A DNA stretch of 64,000 nt from Phoronis australis (lineage: Eukaryota > Animalia > Phoronida). The stretch spans positions 842,855 to 906,854 of the forward strand of contig NMRA01000011.1 in NCBI GenBank assembly GCA_002633005.1, read 5' to 3'. The notes under the pieces are model-generated. The model saw only the letters and a list, made by a program, of their open reading frames with translations, ran no database searches and was not told the DNA's origin. Below are positions 10,941 to 25,017 of the stretch, piece after piece; the stretch's first letter is position 1, and each line of letters starts with the position of its first letter. Made by a program: the position numbers and the translations under genes.

Positions 10941-13900
10941 AGGTTATCTAGGCTTGCGCTAGACTTTTATAGGTATTAGCCAAAATGGCTAAAGCTTCTG
11001 AAAACTTTTAGCCATTTTCAAAAATTATTAGCCAAATACTTTCTCTTTTCCCAACCTCCATAACTGATAAAAATACAGACCGAACTTTTTATTTTTCATG
11101 TCATGCACAGGTCATTTTCATAATGCACTATAAGAAAAGACGTTTGCTTCGGGAAAAAAAAATGATCAGAATTCCAAGGTCATGTAGCAAAAACACTGGC
11201 AAGTGTTCGACTTCGGCTATCGTGAAGAGTAGACTTAGTGAATCCCGGCATTAAGTAATAAATTAATATTTACTTCAGCTTGCTTGCTTTCTTTCGGTGG
11301 CTCCCAAAATAGTCTTCTACTCGTTGCTTTAGCACTGTCACTTGCAGACGACAAGTGGCAGCACCTACACAAGATCTTGCTATGAAGCGAGAAATGGCCA
11401 TTACCAAGAGCGCTGACCCCCCACACAGTTGGACCTTTCATTGCAGTAAAAGAGTATTTTCAAGGGGAATGTCGAACACGAAATGAAACATGCACTTGCT
11501 ATTTTTTGGACTCGAAATCTAAGAAAGAATGTCATTTGCGGCGCGCCTTGATTTGAGTTGACTGTGAGTCGACATGCAAGAAGGTTTCCCGAAATTAATT
11601 TTTATTGTCAAGTTGCGGAGGCATTCCCCAAGTTGTCCTTCATCAGCATATATCTACTGCACATGTATACTAAGACATAAGGAAATGCATCGCTGTCCTT
11701 TATGATCATATATTACTGCACACGTATAGGACATTGATGCAGTATACCGCACATGTATACTGCATCACTGTCATTCATGATGTCCTTTTAAGAGTTTTTT
11801 GATAGAACAAGCTAACATTCAAAAGGTTACACAACTGTTCTGGGAACCAAATTGAGTTGTGCAGTTGTTTCTGTCATCAGATTTTCAACTGGGTTTATAT
11901 TTCCATTTAAATTTGACCTCCAAAATCCCTACTTACCGAAACTTCAGTAAAAGCAGTTTCGAAACTTCAGTAAAAGCAGTTTCGCCTCTAATGGGAAACC
12001 GGCTTTAGTTGACAGGGATGCAAAATAAACTAAGTGACCAAACATCACCAACTGCCCATTAACTAAATGTGGCCACGGGGTTGCCAAAGTGATCCAATAA
12101 ACAACAATTTAAAAGTGACAAAACTTATCTCAATGTTGCTCACTCAGATTAGCGCGATTTTGAGCCTTGGTAACAACTGACAGTTTGTTGTTGGTTGAGA
12201 ACAGGTGGAATAACTCGTCACACTGCTGCAAAACAGTGTATGCTGAGCAGTAATGAGCTGTCAGTTCATTCTAAACACGGAAATCACTTCTAATCTAAAG
12301 CCAAAGAACAAGCTACCAGGAAGATAAGCTTAATATCCTTAAGCGGTTCAAATCAATAGTCAATTTCTTTGATGGAATGAAGGTTTATAGCATTTTTAAA
12401 GTGCGAGTCCAGTGAATGTAAGGTATAAAAATAAGATACAAATAAGTATAGCTTTGTATCACAAGTAGCCCAAAGATTAATCGTTGAAATTTTCTAAAAC
12501 CACTTTATTTCTGCAGTGTTGTTATGACACCGGCTCAGTGACACTTGGCTTACCTCAAAATCCAACTGCTGCCTGGTGGTTCAGTAATTGGCCCAATTAT
12601 GTTGCACACCCAGCAGAATTAATAAGGAACATATTATTGGAACATAAAACAAACATTTTAGGTTGTAAAAGTCACATTCCTTTTCCAATTTTCCAAATTC
12701 AAAACCTAAACACGTGTGCTTTTCACAAATTATTCAAATATGCTATTTACAAACTTTCAAAACTTAACTTTAAAAGTACTATTGTTGCCCTTATTGTGTT
12801 TATGATGGTCTCATTATCCAGAGAAAGATAACATCAGCAGCACTGAGGCAATTTAATTAACCACAACAGCATGGTGTCTGATCTGAACCTGCAAATACTG
12901 TGGTACGCAAACTGGCATATTCCGTGGTGTGCAAACACCAGTTAAGGTATCAGCATAGGATTCTTTTCATGTATTCCATTTATAAACTCTATGCCAGTTG
13001 TCCGACAATTCAGTCTTATCCTAAGCATTGTTTGGCGGTGAAAGAATATAAAAACTGGACATGTTATTATTAAATTAAACAGACTCATCTCTAGTTATCC
13101 CAGAATGTCCTGTACAGTTGACCTCAAGAAACTGCTAAGGTCATGAACTAGTCAACTGTTCACTAAACTTATTGTTATTGTATGTCAACATAACTTGACC
13201 GAGGGTGTTAAACTCTTAGATCTATCAGCTTACATTGGCAACTGGTGCTGCCCTCTCTACTGACTCATTGTGTTCAACTTGTGATGTAATAGGAAACCAT
13301 GTGACAAATTACCATCTATTTCCGAATGTTCTCTAATTAGAGTTACTTATAATGACTATAATGCAGTCCGAAATTTATTAAATTTTATGCTTGAAATTTT
13401 TAAAAACCAAATTGGCATGAACGAATAGGTTTACTTGAGGTATGTGAAGTATTAGAAATTGATAAATCATATGTTGGCTTAGGCAAGGGCCACAAACTAT
13501 ATGAAATGAGAATTATTAGAGAGTGCCAAGAAGAGGTATTATCTTGTTTTTATGCCTTCTGCAGTTTAAACTAATGAGCATCAGTTATGGTGCAGTTTTG
13601 AGAAAATTTAATACCTCCATTTCTACCAGCTGTTTCATGTTATTAAAGAGACAGCTCATTTTTCTTATCCTAAGTCATATACCAGGGTAGTTGAGTTGTT
13701 CAAACCACTGCCCCCTAGTGTAAGAGTTAAACCAATTTACCAAGTCAAACATACACCCAGGCTGGTCAAAGGTAATTACCTGTTCTGGCAAACAGTTTAA
13801 TAATGTTGTTTATGAAGGTGGTCAGCCTGTACCAGACCAGACTGCAATTATTTTTCATTCCCAAGAATCTGCCTGCATGAAGCTGACCTGATTACGTCCA

Positions 13901-15596
13901 AACTCCCCACCTCTGACAAAATGGGCCGCTGAATAGTGGCACTACTTGGTGTGATGTATGGACTTGATGTATCTAATCGATAACTTTGACACAGTACAAT
14001 ACCGTGTTGGTATTGTCTGCACACAGACTTGCTCAAACTGTGAGGTGAGGTGGAAGTATTTCATAACCTCAACATTACATTTGCACACTATCAGAAAAGA
14101 AACTTAAATTTATTCTTTTGAGTTCAGTCGTGCAACAGCTAAATTCATTGAGTTTGAATAATCTTTACTGACAAGATTAATCGACATAGAAAGTATACAA
14201 ACCTATTTGAGCATGGCCAGTATTAAACAAGTTTTTTGTACCTCCCTCATTAAATGTTTCACGCTACAGTCATTCTCCTATCATTTCGCACCATCACCAA
14301 ATTGTGCACACACAAAATCATTTGGAAAAATAATATTTTGTCCCTCACTTATTTCAGTTGAGGGTACTTCATACATGGCCTAATTCGCACAGCTTCAGTT
14401 TTGAACTTTGGAAAATGTCAACTTGCAAATCTCTGCCATTAATTCTAATAACTCACATCTACTTAGCTGAATCAATAAAGCTTGAACACAGCAGTCACTA
14501 CTTAATTCATTCAGTACTGGGTTTTTCCCATGCTGTTATAATCATGAGGTGAATGCGGTGACCTGGATGTGTCTCATGTCACATGCTCAAAAGAGTGTTT
14601 CGCCAATGACGAGGTAAAGTATCAATTATATTGGAGAATGATGTAGAAATTAGGTAGACTTAAATTTTTATTTGACCCTATGCAGTTTATAACAACTAAC
14701 TCTAACATCACTGCATACAAAATGCATGCAGCAAAGAAGTTTTGTCTTCTTGTTTGACAAAAAAAAATATCTATTTCATCGAATAGGTTATTCACTCACA
14801 GTCAACCCTTACTGACCAGGTGAACTGTAAAAATTCCATTCCTTTAACACTAACCACTGGCTCTAGTTTCAACATGTCCAATATACTGACATGCACTTCT
14901 GACCCATCCATCAGCAATCTCATTACAATTGAACAAAGTGAACAGTGAAATTGACTGTGTTCAAGTTAAAGTATGCTGTCGCCTGTGTGAGTATCTGAAC
15001 AAATCTGGATGTTAGCTTGTGTATCGTATGACAATTATTTTTTTACAATGCTGATTCAACTGCAGTCACTGGCTGTTTGTTGACACCATTGTAGTTGAAT
15101 AATTGACGTTGAGTCCTAACTCTGGTCCGAGTCCACTGCACACTTGGATAAGTGTAGTTTGCAAGATGGCATCTTGGATGGTGAAACTATACTAAACAAA
15201 TTTGAAGACGAATATGTGATCTTTATATTAAAATAAATAAGAAATTGTAGCTAAATTGTGCAAAACATGTTGAATTCACTCAGTATGGTAAATTACTTGT
15301 TTCAACTAGAAACAAAATTGAAATGCACACGGCAAGAGCCACGAGAAATGTGGAGACTGATTAGCAATATACGTACCACATTTTATGTATGTTTTACGTA
15401 GTGGCTTTTACTTTAATTAACATTCACCGACAATTGGCTTTCTTTATCAGTAACCATGACAACACAGCAAAAACACGATGGCGTCCTTGTGGGGGACATG
15501 GAAACAGAGCTAATGAAACTTTATGTTAATAAATTGGCTAGGACAAATACATGTAGTAACCGTAGCTTCTCAGAAAAAAATGAATTGCACCAAACT

Positions 15597-16143
15597 NNNN
15601 NNNNNNNNNNNNNNNNNNNNNNNNNNNNNNNNNNNNNNNNNNNNNNNNNNNNNNNNNNNNNNNNNNNNNNNNNNNNNNNNNNNNNNNNNNNNNNNNNNNN
15701 NNNNNNNNNNNNNNNNNNNNNNNNNNNNNNNNNNNNNNNNNNNNNNNNNNNNNNNNNNNNNNNNNNNNNNNNNNNNNNNNNNNNNNNNNNNNNNNNNNNN
15801 NNNNNNNNNNNNNNNNNNNNNNNNNNNNNNNNNNNNNNNNNNNNNNNNNNNNNNNNNNNNNNNNNNNNNNNNNNNNNNNNNNNNNNNNNNNNNNNNNNNN
15901 NNNNNNNNNNNNNNNNNNNNNNNNNNNNNNNNNNNNNNNNNNNNNNNNNNNNNNNNNNNNNNNNNNNNNNNNNNNNNNNNNNNNNNNNNNNNNNNNNNNN
16001 NNNNNNNNNNNNNNNNNNNNNNNNNNNNNNNNNNNNNNNNNNNNNNNNNNNNNNNNNNNNNNNNNNNNNNNNNNNNNNNNNNNNNNNNNNNNNNNNNNNN
16101 NNNNNNNNNNNNNNNNNNNNNNNNNNNNNNNNNNNNNNNNNNN
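15597..16143. other. Assembly gap (547 N)
   Basis: Run of n. Confidence 1.
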
Positions 16144-18259
16144 NGTGTTGTACTTAGTGTTTTTAGAAAGTTAAAGGTGTTATTATTGTGCATTGCACAT
16201 GGCTTACGAGACAGAGCAGTTTCGATGACAATTAAATAAACTTAAAGTGTCCACTTTGGGCATCACAGCCGTTATCATACTCTGCATTGATATTTTTTAA
16301 TTTTTGTAGTATATATTGATATATTCATTGATAAAATCCAGAACTACTGTATGTGAACTATCTTAATTCTGTATAATTTTATTTCTGAACCTCATTTATA
16401 TAGTCTTACTGTATGAATTAAAATGTCAACATCACAGCCGTTATCGCAACACACTTCATGAAAAACATAAATTTTCTCATATTCTTGCTATTCCAACTAT
16501 GTTTTCACTTATATTAACTGAAAATATAGTAATTTAGCTACAACTAACCACTAGTTTTTTCCTACCAGCTTGAATTTGAATTTCAAGCACTGATGTCACA
16601 CTTTTGTGCTCCTTAGCGTGACCATGCCTTACTACAAACTTAAGCACCAAGATCCATTGCTCATAGAGGCCATCGTGCATTTTTAGCAACAAACTGTGTT
16701 GGTGCTACCTAGTGAGCCTACTTCGCAATATGTCTCTAAGTTATAGCAGAGAAATGAAATAACAGGCATACAAATTGTGGTGCGCAGAAAAATATTACAA
16801 ATGTAATAGGCAGCGGTCCATTTGGAGAGCTGCAGGTCATCCATGGTATCTTAGATTGGGTTTGGTGACCACTGTGAGTATCAAAAGTCAGACAATAATT
16901 CCCTCTAAATTCGTTGCATTAGGCTTGTGTTGATTTCCAAACTTTAAATTACTAATACTTTTAATAGATTTATCACCTTTGATTTACAATTATTCCATTT
17001 ATTTTGCGAATTCGGAGCATTTCCCACCATGTTAAAATTAATACAGGAAGAAAACAGACAAAAGCCGGAATTATTCGGCAAAAATGTGGCAATATTCGCA
17101 CTACCATGCGGTCATCTGTGTTCCATGCCTCATTCGTCAGTCGTCGATCAGAGGACTAATAACGGAGATAGTGGATTAAGAAATGAATGTACGTAGATTT
17201 ATCGGCAAAAGTTGGAAGGGAATGGGTCGTCCGACGTTTTTTTTTTGGTCGACGAACGTTTATGTCAAGTAGGGATTTCAGAATTTAGCGCGGGAGATTT
17301 TCTTTAGTTTTGGCGACCTCAGACTTCGTTTGGCGACTTCAGATTTTGTTCAGGTCGCCAAATGCTAAGCGTCGAGCGCTGATAAACATTAAAAAATAAA
17401 AGCTTCATTTCAACCTTCAGAGGTTACCAACACAGGAGGTTTCCAAGAGGTATGAGTAAGGCAAGGCTGGATTTGCCATTTACGGGTTGAATTCCCCATA
17501 AAAGATTCACTCCAATTCTACAGATGACATGACATGTTCTACATAACATACCACAGACTGATAGTGAGCCCCATGGTGTATGTTCACGAAATGACATAAT
17601 TTGACCTTTCAACTAGCCCAAATACATAAACCGCAGTGTAACTTTGGAAACAGAGGGCCTACAAATGAAACTTGATGTAGAATAATAATTATGTGCAGTT
17701 ACGGGAGGTTATGGAACAAATGGTGGCGCTAGTTTATGGTATCAATGGCATCGCTGGATTTATCTTTAGACAAGCTAAAACATGCAGAAAAAAGATACTG
17801 TTCCAAAAATTGTTTATTCGTTGAACCTCATTCACATCATTCGTTTTGGGAAAAAGTACAAATTGCAGATTTTTAATAAGAACGCTGGAAGTAGGCCAAT
17901 GGAACCTTTGGCTTGGGTAGCAAAATTATAGAATTTTCAGCTGACCATTTGAATGTCTTTTATCAACTTCAACTTAACACTATAACAAAAGGCCCGAATT
18001 TGATCATGAGGGCTCTGCATAAGGTGCATTCTGAAATGACAACTGTACAAGATTGAAGACATTATTGCTTTCTAACAACACATTCCCTAGAAATTGATAT
18101 TCTGAGTTCAGCACACTAAAAAAACTTGAAACAAGTCTGTGTTACAATGGCCGCATTCCATATACAAAGAATTTGGCAAGTAAAGCTTTTATCATCAGTG
18201 CTTCACATACAATGCATGGCCATATTTTGAGAAGTCTTGTATAACCTTGTGTTCTCTTG

Positions 18260-18500
18260 GAGGAGGCAGTGTGTCCTGGTTGATAAGTGCCCGCTTTCTT
18301 TACTCGAGGTCGTGGGTTCAAGTCCCACCAGGTCACACTGCTAAACCCTTGAGCCAGGTTTCTAGCTCCTCAGCTCGGTTTTAACCATATATCAATAAAG
18401 CATAAAAATGTTTCCAGGTGATCAGTGCAATGGGCCCACACGCGAGGCATGCGCACGTCTGGTACAATGTGTATCAGACCGCCTGCAATAATTTTTTTAT
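18260..18500 (+). mobile_element. tRNA-derived SINE, copy 2
   Basis: B box ggttcaagtccc, shared core ccttgagccagg..agctcctcagctc and tail gcgcacgtctggtacaa..cctgcaa. Confidence 0.8.
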
Positions 18501-19363
18501 ATTTGTGTTTTCTTGAGATTTTTACGAGTCTATAAAAACAGGTCAGGTCATCATACTAATATGAGTGAGTTTTGTACAAAGTTCTCGATAGTCCGAGGGC
18601 CAGGGCAGGAGATTTGGGGAATTTTTGTGAGAATTCAGGGTACAATGTCGGAGATCTTCCATTTGGCTTATCACAATGAAGAAAATGAAAACAGTGTTTC
18701 CATTGCTTCGCAGATGGTTTGTGCTCCAAAAAACAATCTGACAAAGAATCGAGGCATCACCCACCTGCTCTTGTTGTAGCCAACACAGACAAAAGAAGGC
18801 CACTGTCTCTGTTGCCAAGATGACTGACCTGAATTTTTTATGTTCAAGCCTAGTCACTTACTCCCTCTTACAACAGATCTAACTAATTCCATTGATGGGC
18901 ATATTACAAGATTCAGAGAAAGCACCATCTCTTTTTTCCCAAAGATCCCTCCAAGGAGATTTTTGTGGATGCAGAGAATCACTCAAGGAAAATGGACAGA
19001 AATCTCCAGTAAGGGTGAACTTCACGAGTCTTGCGCAAAACATGGCTCATAAGACAGCTCTTTCATATCAACTACTACTACTCAGTATGGTGGACATGTT
19101 TGAAGCACATGCTCATAAAAATACAGATTCTAATTAAGGTTGACGAGCGTTTTAATGTAGCAGTAGCTTGGACCTCGAGGCATAGGCGTTGTTGCTTTCA
19201 AAGCCTGGCATCAGCAAAACTTTCATCTTCAAACAATCTCTCTTCTCAGGAGAATTTACAACTTTCACACATTTTTGACCTGGTCCCTACACAGCAAAGA
19301 CATTACTTGCATTCATAGTGAATGTGCAACATACCGCTAAGACCAATTAAGTCACTATCTCAC

Positions 19364-19595
19364 CTGCTTCTAAGTAGCGTAGTAAACTATAGACAGCTGT
19401 TCGCTCTCCCTCCATTAACTCCGTCTCAAACACGTCTGCTCTATCTTGCTCTTTCCCACAACACCCACATGTGACTATCTTCACACAGTGCTCCCATATC
19501 CGCCTGAGAAGTTTCAGAAGTTCATCTAAGATGTTGCTTACGGGATTTTTCTTTTTTTCCGTCTTTGACGTGGACGGTCTGTTGGCAGCTTCCAT
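19364..19595 (-). CDS. Vac8-like gene N-terminal coding exon (acceptor at 19604; ATG 19595)
   Basis: ORF 19347..19619; Cys cluster CGCCG and ERTAVYSLLRYLE; |gtgaga donor phase 1. Confidence 0.85.
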
Positions 19596-21099
19596 TTCAA
19601 ACGACTGTAAGAGAGACACCGTAAAAGAAAAAGCTTGGACAAAAATACTGGGGAACAGTTAATTTAGTAGCAAGATATTTCGTGAACTTTTTTCAAAACG
19701 TAATGGTAAATGAGGAAGTCATTTTGCTATCAAACTTTTTCTTTCAGTAAGCTTGTGTAACAACCATAAATGACTATTCTTGCAGCTGTTACAAAGACAT
19801 GTCATCAAAAGGACCACTCGCCACTCCTAAATATTTTGTGAATTATTTAAAAACAGCTTTAGGGTACTTCGGCACCATTTCTAACATGAATTGCTTAATT
19901 GCTTCTAGCCAAATGCTGAAATGTCATTTTAAATTTAATATTGGAAATTCAAGTGAACTTATCCGACTTGACTGAAAAGTGTATCTGCCTTTCGAAAATT
20001 TGATCTAGCATACAATTCTGGAGAATAGGTTTGTCACCAGGTCTCTAGAGGCATTGCAGTATATAAAATGGTCACTTACATACACGCTATCACACAGTGC
20101 ATTTTCAGTCCTTTTACAAAAGATGAGAGTTAAATGTGGAATGTGAAAATTCAATCACAGTTTTAATTCTAAAGTTCTATTCCAAATGAATGCTGAAACC
20201 AATGCTATCACAATGCGGAAATCTTTAGGTCCAGATTGACAGACACGATTAACAATTTTCTTCATCACAGTCTACTAGTAGGCAATATTACTTCCATGTT
20301 GCCTGGTCAGCCTTGAACTGCCACAGTTGAGACTGGAGGACAACCAGCTCCTTAGGGTCAATACAACCAACAGAATAGAAAGATGAACACAGCCACAATA
20401 CAGTACTATAATACAGTACTATATGGGGTTGTTCAAGCCAAGTCAGTTTTGTACATCACAGAGGTCAAACCTAATCACAATAGATGCCATTAAAGAGTCC
20501 CTCTACAATGTAGCTGTACAGACTAGAATGCCTGAGGTAAATACCATGGAATAGACCTGATCACTCTCAACTGAAGGGATCACTAAAATCAGCTGTTCCC
20601 ATGTCCTTATCTAAACATGGTTCATGGATGAATGATAGACTAAGAGCTACTTTTATCCCACAATCTTTTCCAAGCAGCTGCACAGAATTTGCTCTGACAG
20701 GTATCACTGCAACCGTCTTTGTTTCATTAAGTGCATTCGCTATTCATTTTTACTCAACCAACAGTTTTTTAGCTATGTGGTTTTTGTTAAAGTTGAGTTT
20801 TGATCACTGACCCTTGATCCCTTGCTTCATAGAATAGCCTACTACAGTTTGAGTGGTGGTCAGACTGTGGGCTCGTTGTCCTGGTTCGTAAGGTGAACTT
20901 GGCTTTTCTAGACATCAGTGGCGTAGCAAGTGGGGGTCAGGGAAGGGCAGCTGCTCCTGAGTGCCAGCAGAAGGTGGACATTGGACCAATAGAACTTACT
21001 GGGATTAGACATCAACACACTCACAATACTGCAATATCCATCAAGCAGTTTTCTTGCCTTAATTTTCGTGCCACTGGAGTTCTGCATGTTAATTGTTGT

Positions 21100-23100
21100 T
21101 ACCGTGTTACTTGGTGAAATACAATTTTGCCAAGTATGTTGCTCTTCCATCAAGTTTGTTTTTTTTGTTTTCTTTTGTTTGTTTGTTCGCATGATACAGG
21201 TCGCAATTTTCATCCGGTCATCACGAAATTTACACACAACACGTAGTTCCGGAAGTACTAGAAGCCTATTGTTTTTCGTCAAAATCGGATCCAAGATGGC
21301 GGCTGTGGCCATTTCCTTTTCATTTTAAGATTCAAAGGCTTCTGGAGGCTACAATTTTTTACGCACAGGTTTGAAACTCAGCACAATTAATGGACCGGAT
21401 GTGCACTACATGTGTACCGGAAATTGTTAAAGATGGCGGAAAATATTGGCATTCACGCATGCGCACCTCGATTTCGGGAAAAAACGTTTTCTCCTGTAGA
21501 GGGCGCAATATAGGGCCAATTCCTTTGAATTTTTGCAGTTATCAGTTTTTTATGACTTGCTATTATACCAAGCCAAAAAACCAGAAGTTGCTTTCAAGAT
21601 GGCGGTTCTGGCGCATGTTGACCTATTTTCAGTCGTGCTGAGGTGGCACCTAAACGGGAGGAGAAAATGACGTGAATTTTTACATGTGGATTCTTTAAGG
21701 TATATACTCTTTCAAATGAACTGTAACAATTTTTTTCTCAGACTTACCGTTTTCGAGATATTTGACTTTAAATTTCTTTAAAAAAAACAAAAAATTTCAT
21801 TTTTTTTTCGAAAAAATTTACGGAATTGCGTGATACTATCAATTTAGATAGAGTTTCGAACGGGCTTTCAGAAGATATTTTCCATTTTCCGCTACGACGT
21901 ATACTTTTTGAGTTATTGAGATTTTCTGATAACGCTGTTCCTTTGTCACTTTGTGGAGCGCTCTTGCTGCATTGATGTTGGTTTAGCTTCTATTGAACTA
22001 GACTGTAGCCTATTTCTTATTGATTTATGACATCTAAGTTCGTCATATGAATGTTACAATGTTGTTCATCATCTCCACCACCATCACCATATTTGTCATC
22101 TTCGTCATCATCTCCGACGTCTTTTCTTCAGTTAATTTCGCCAAGTGTCACTCAACACTGTAGCCTATCTCTTAATGATTTCTGACATCTACGTTCATCA
22201 TATGAATGATATCATAACTTGCATTGTCCATTATCGCCACCATCGTTGTCATACCTGTCATCTTTGTCATCATCTCTGTCGTCGTCTTTTCTGGTCATCT
22301 CTAACGTGGTCTTTTTGATTAATTTCGCCAAGTTTCGCTCCTCGGAGCACTTTCATTTGTTTGTTTGTTTCTTCGTTCGCACCCCACAGATTGCAATTCT
22401 TCTCAGATCATCGTGAAATTTACACACAACATGTGCCACGTGAATGGCTCGAAGTCTATTGTTTTGGGTTGAAATCAGATACAAGATGATGCTGTGGCAG
22501 CCATTTTCCCCTTTTTTGTTTGTGAAACCATAGCTCTGATGTTTTTGGTGGGATTTTTCTGATTTTTTCCTGTGGAAAAATCATTCCAAAACCTATCACC
22601 CTTTTTGTTTTTCTCTCGGTCTTGCTATTCTCGAGTTATTCGATTTTATCCGAGGACTGGTCTCTGAATATGAGTTTTTGTAAAGTATCTTCAGCGTCCT
22701 TTGACGAATCTGTCTGAAATTTGGTATGTGGATTGATCTTTTCAAGTGGTATTAGCATTGTGAAACCAGTTTCTTGGTGCGACTTACCATTCACGCGATA
22801 TTCGAGATTTACTGCTCAGGTTACTGCTTTTTTGTTGACGTGATTTATAGCTGCACTTTGTAAGCCCGTCATATTTCTGCTAAAGAACGCATTTTACATC
22901 TGATCAGCAATAAATTTAGGTACAGCGTTTAGGAAGCCAATAGCCCGCGGACTGTGACGGCCATTTTTCAAATTATAAGGTTTACGGAGCTCTAGCTGCG
23001 GGATCCTGCGACCGAACCTTTTCAAATTTGGTAAGTAACTGGGTCCCATCAAGAGCTATCTAATATGTTGGTTTCGTCATCCACCTCACCTTTAAATTTT
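21100..23100. repeat. Large composite dispersed repeat with low-complexity CAT/CGT tract; inverted partial copy at ~28090-28900
   Basis: Internal duplication (21160-21330 vs 22350-22510); caagatggc/gccatctt and aatttcgccaa/ttggcgaaa motifs shared with 28 kb region. Confidence 0.55.
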
Positions 23101-23380
23101 TATTTGATTTCACCAAGTGTCACTCTTCAGAGCGCCAAGCCTTCATGCAGCGTAGGTCCTGGGTGTCCTAGCACTAATCTGGATGCCCTGGCAACAACGC
23201 TCAATGTACAATTAGGACGCCTTCTGTCAATCAGAATTTCTCCAGTTTGGACATCCACATTATGAAGAAAATTTCAAATTACTAGGATACCTAGTTAATC
23301 AAAGAGGCACATTTCATTAGCGATAGTCCAATAGTTAAAGAGAAGATACCATCACAGTTCTGGCTCTTTCAACTCATTAA

Positions 23381-25017
23381 AGGAGACTGCCACCCAAAAA
23401 ACAACCTATTTTGTATCAATTTAGTTCGAGTAGTTCTACTCGATAATGGCACGTTCGGTTGCGTTACCTGACACCTGACGGCAGACGGAGGTGTTGAAAA
23501 TATCCAGTGAAGTCATTGGTTTCACACGCAGTCTGTTCAGCAGTTCACAACACAGGTTATTGGTATCAGCTTATTGCTTGAATTCATCGTTTAACACCAA
23601 TAAATCATCAAACTTCGATGTAAAACCTTTAAAAATACACCGAGTTCTTATAAAAACGTGTTGTTTTATTTCCCTGTTACGGATATATTGGTATTTGGAC
23701 ACACCGTAGCCTACGAAGTTCGGCAGGCCAATTTACCAAGGTCCGTAGCAAGAGTTTGGGTCTGTTCGGAGATAAATTCGAAATATTCTTCCTTGAAATA
23801 CACACAGGAGAATCTAGATCTTTGTTGTTTAGACTTGTGATTTTTTGAGTTCTAAACAAAACGTTTGTTTTCCACGCCAGTGACTCGGAACCCGACCAGG
23901 CCCGTTGCGGCTGCCGGGACTGGCACGAACATAAACCAGCTTGAGTTGGAAACTAAACCACCAGTCATTAAAGACTATAATAGTGAGCCAAAGAAATAAT
24001 GTGCACAGAATTATTTATGTGAGTTACCCACGAAACTGAAAATCTACTTACTTGTCAGGGGCCACGAAGTCGGGTTCCCCTTCCACAGACCGTCAGGGCA
24101 AAGGTTGTACAGTATCAATGATTTGAATGATGTGTTTGTATTTCTAAATAAAGATTCCCCTAACATGTGACCAAAGCTTATAAAATCGGGTAATAGTTTT
24201 TTCACAACAGCTTTCTGTCAGCAAGCACTGAATTAGCATGGCCTCAGGTGCCCGGTCAATTACCTTTATTGCCGGCATCAAAAGCCGATAACACAGTGGT
24301 TTATTCATTGCTGGCTTCTCAACATTTGCACTCAAGAATACTGCAAAAGCATTACAAATTGTATCTAATGAGACAGACTTTGTTTCAGTTTTATATAAGC
24401 ACTGCTTAAGATGAGAATAATTCAGTTTGAAACAGAGCTCAGAATAATAAACGTCTACATGGACACTAGCCTGGCGCCAAATCCTGACTTAGTAAAGAGC
24501 TCATCCAACGAAGACTGCACGGGCCGGATCGTTAGCTTTCACAGGCTATCAGTTCGAACTGTAATACGCTCATCAGCTGATCAAGAAATACTAGTGAGGT
24601 GCCGTGAACTTGCACAGGCAACGGAACATATGGATAGTTCTTGGGTAAGCCGGAATTCGTCAGAGAAATCACTGTCGACGAAATGCCGGCCACATACACG
24701 GAGATGTTTCACGGCCTCATACTTGCTATAAACAGCGTACCTTTCATTCTTCACTACCGCGAGCCATTTCCTAAGCATTTCGGGTTCTCGAGGAAGTTGG
24801 AAAAATGATATATCCGCTTTCTTCGCAGCTTCATAGCTCAGACAAGCGGGAACGATGCACCGCAGTATAGCGGCATTCACTCTGCAGACGAACCACTGAC
24901 GTCACTGTCGTTTTCACCTTCCTCTTGGCAAGGTGAGGTTGACCGTATAAGAGGCGATGTGGATATAGACCGATTAAGACGGTAAAAGGGACTAATTAAA
25001 TCGGGTGGCATTCTACT
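23381..25017 (-). mobile_element. Kolobok-type DNA transposon derivative with THAP zinc-finger fragment
   Basis: TTAA on both sides (23377-80, 25018-21); TIR aggagactgccaccc / agtagaatgccaccc; ORF 24581..24880 has C-x4-C...FFQLP...W...VCGRHF (THAP). Confidence 0.85.
24581..24880 (-). pseudogene. THAP domain fragment of the Kolobok element
   Basis: CIVPAC...SFFQLPREPEMLRKWLAVVK...LRVCGRHFVDSDF; no ATG in frame, no transposase core seen. Confidence 0.75.

Larger units (their letters stand above)
29..19595 (-). other. Vac8-like armadillo-repeat protein gene, 5' part (spliced; continues beyond left edge)
   Basis: Five GT-AG exons (19364-19595, 10389-10511, 9189-9308, 4634-4756, 29-151), all joined in phase 1, give MEAANR...CGCCG...ERTAVYSLLRYLE...LRALCILTYSDNPELQKSAALCYAEFSEK...[17 protein letters not shown], colinear with yeast Vac8 as I recall it ([51 protein letters not shown]). 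Confidence 0.88.

Noticed and set aside
11937-11984. 23-bp direct duplication beside a GTAAGT-like site on the minus strand
   Set aside because: Two copies only and no supportable exon.
13848-14036. Possible extra Vac8-like exon
   Set aside because: No ARM similarity and the flanking exons already join colinearly.
15456-16239. Three long ORFs
   Set aside because: Artefacts of the N gap.
18513-19318. Cluster of overlapping short ORFs, faint SPxL..PSDY mariner-like echo
   Set aside because: No coherent frame, splice structure or TIRs; cannot support.
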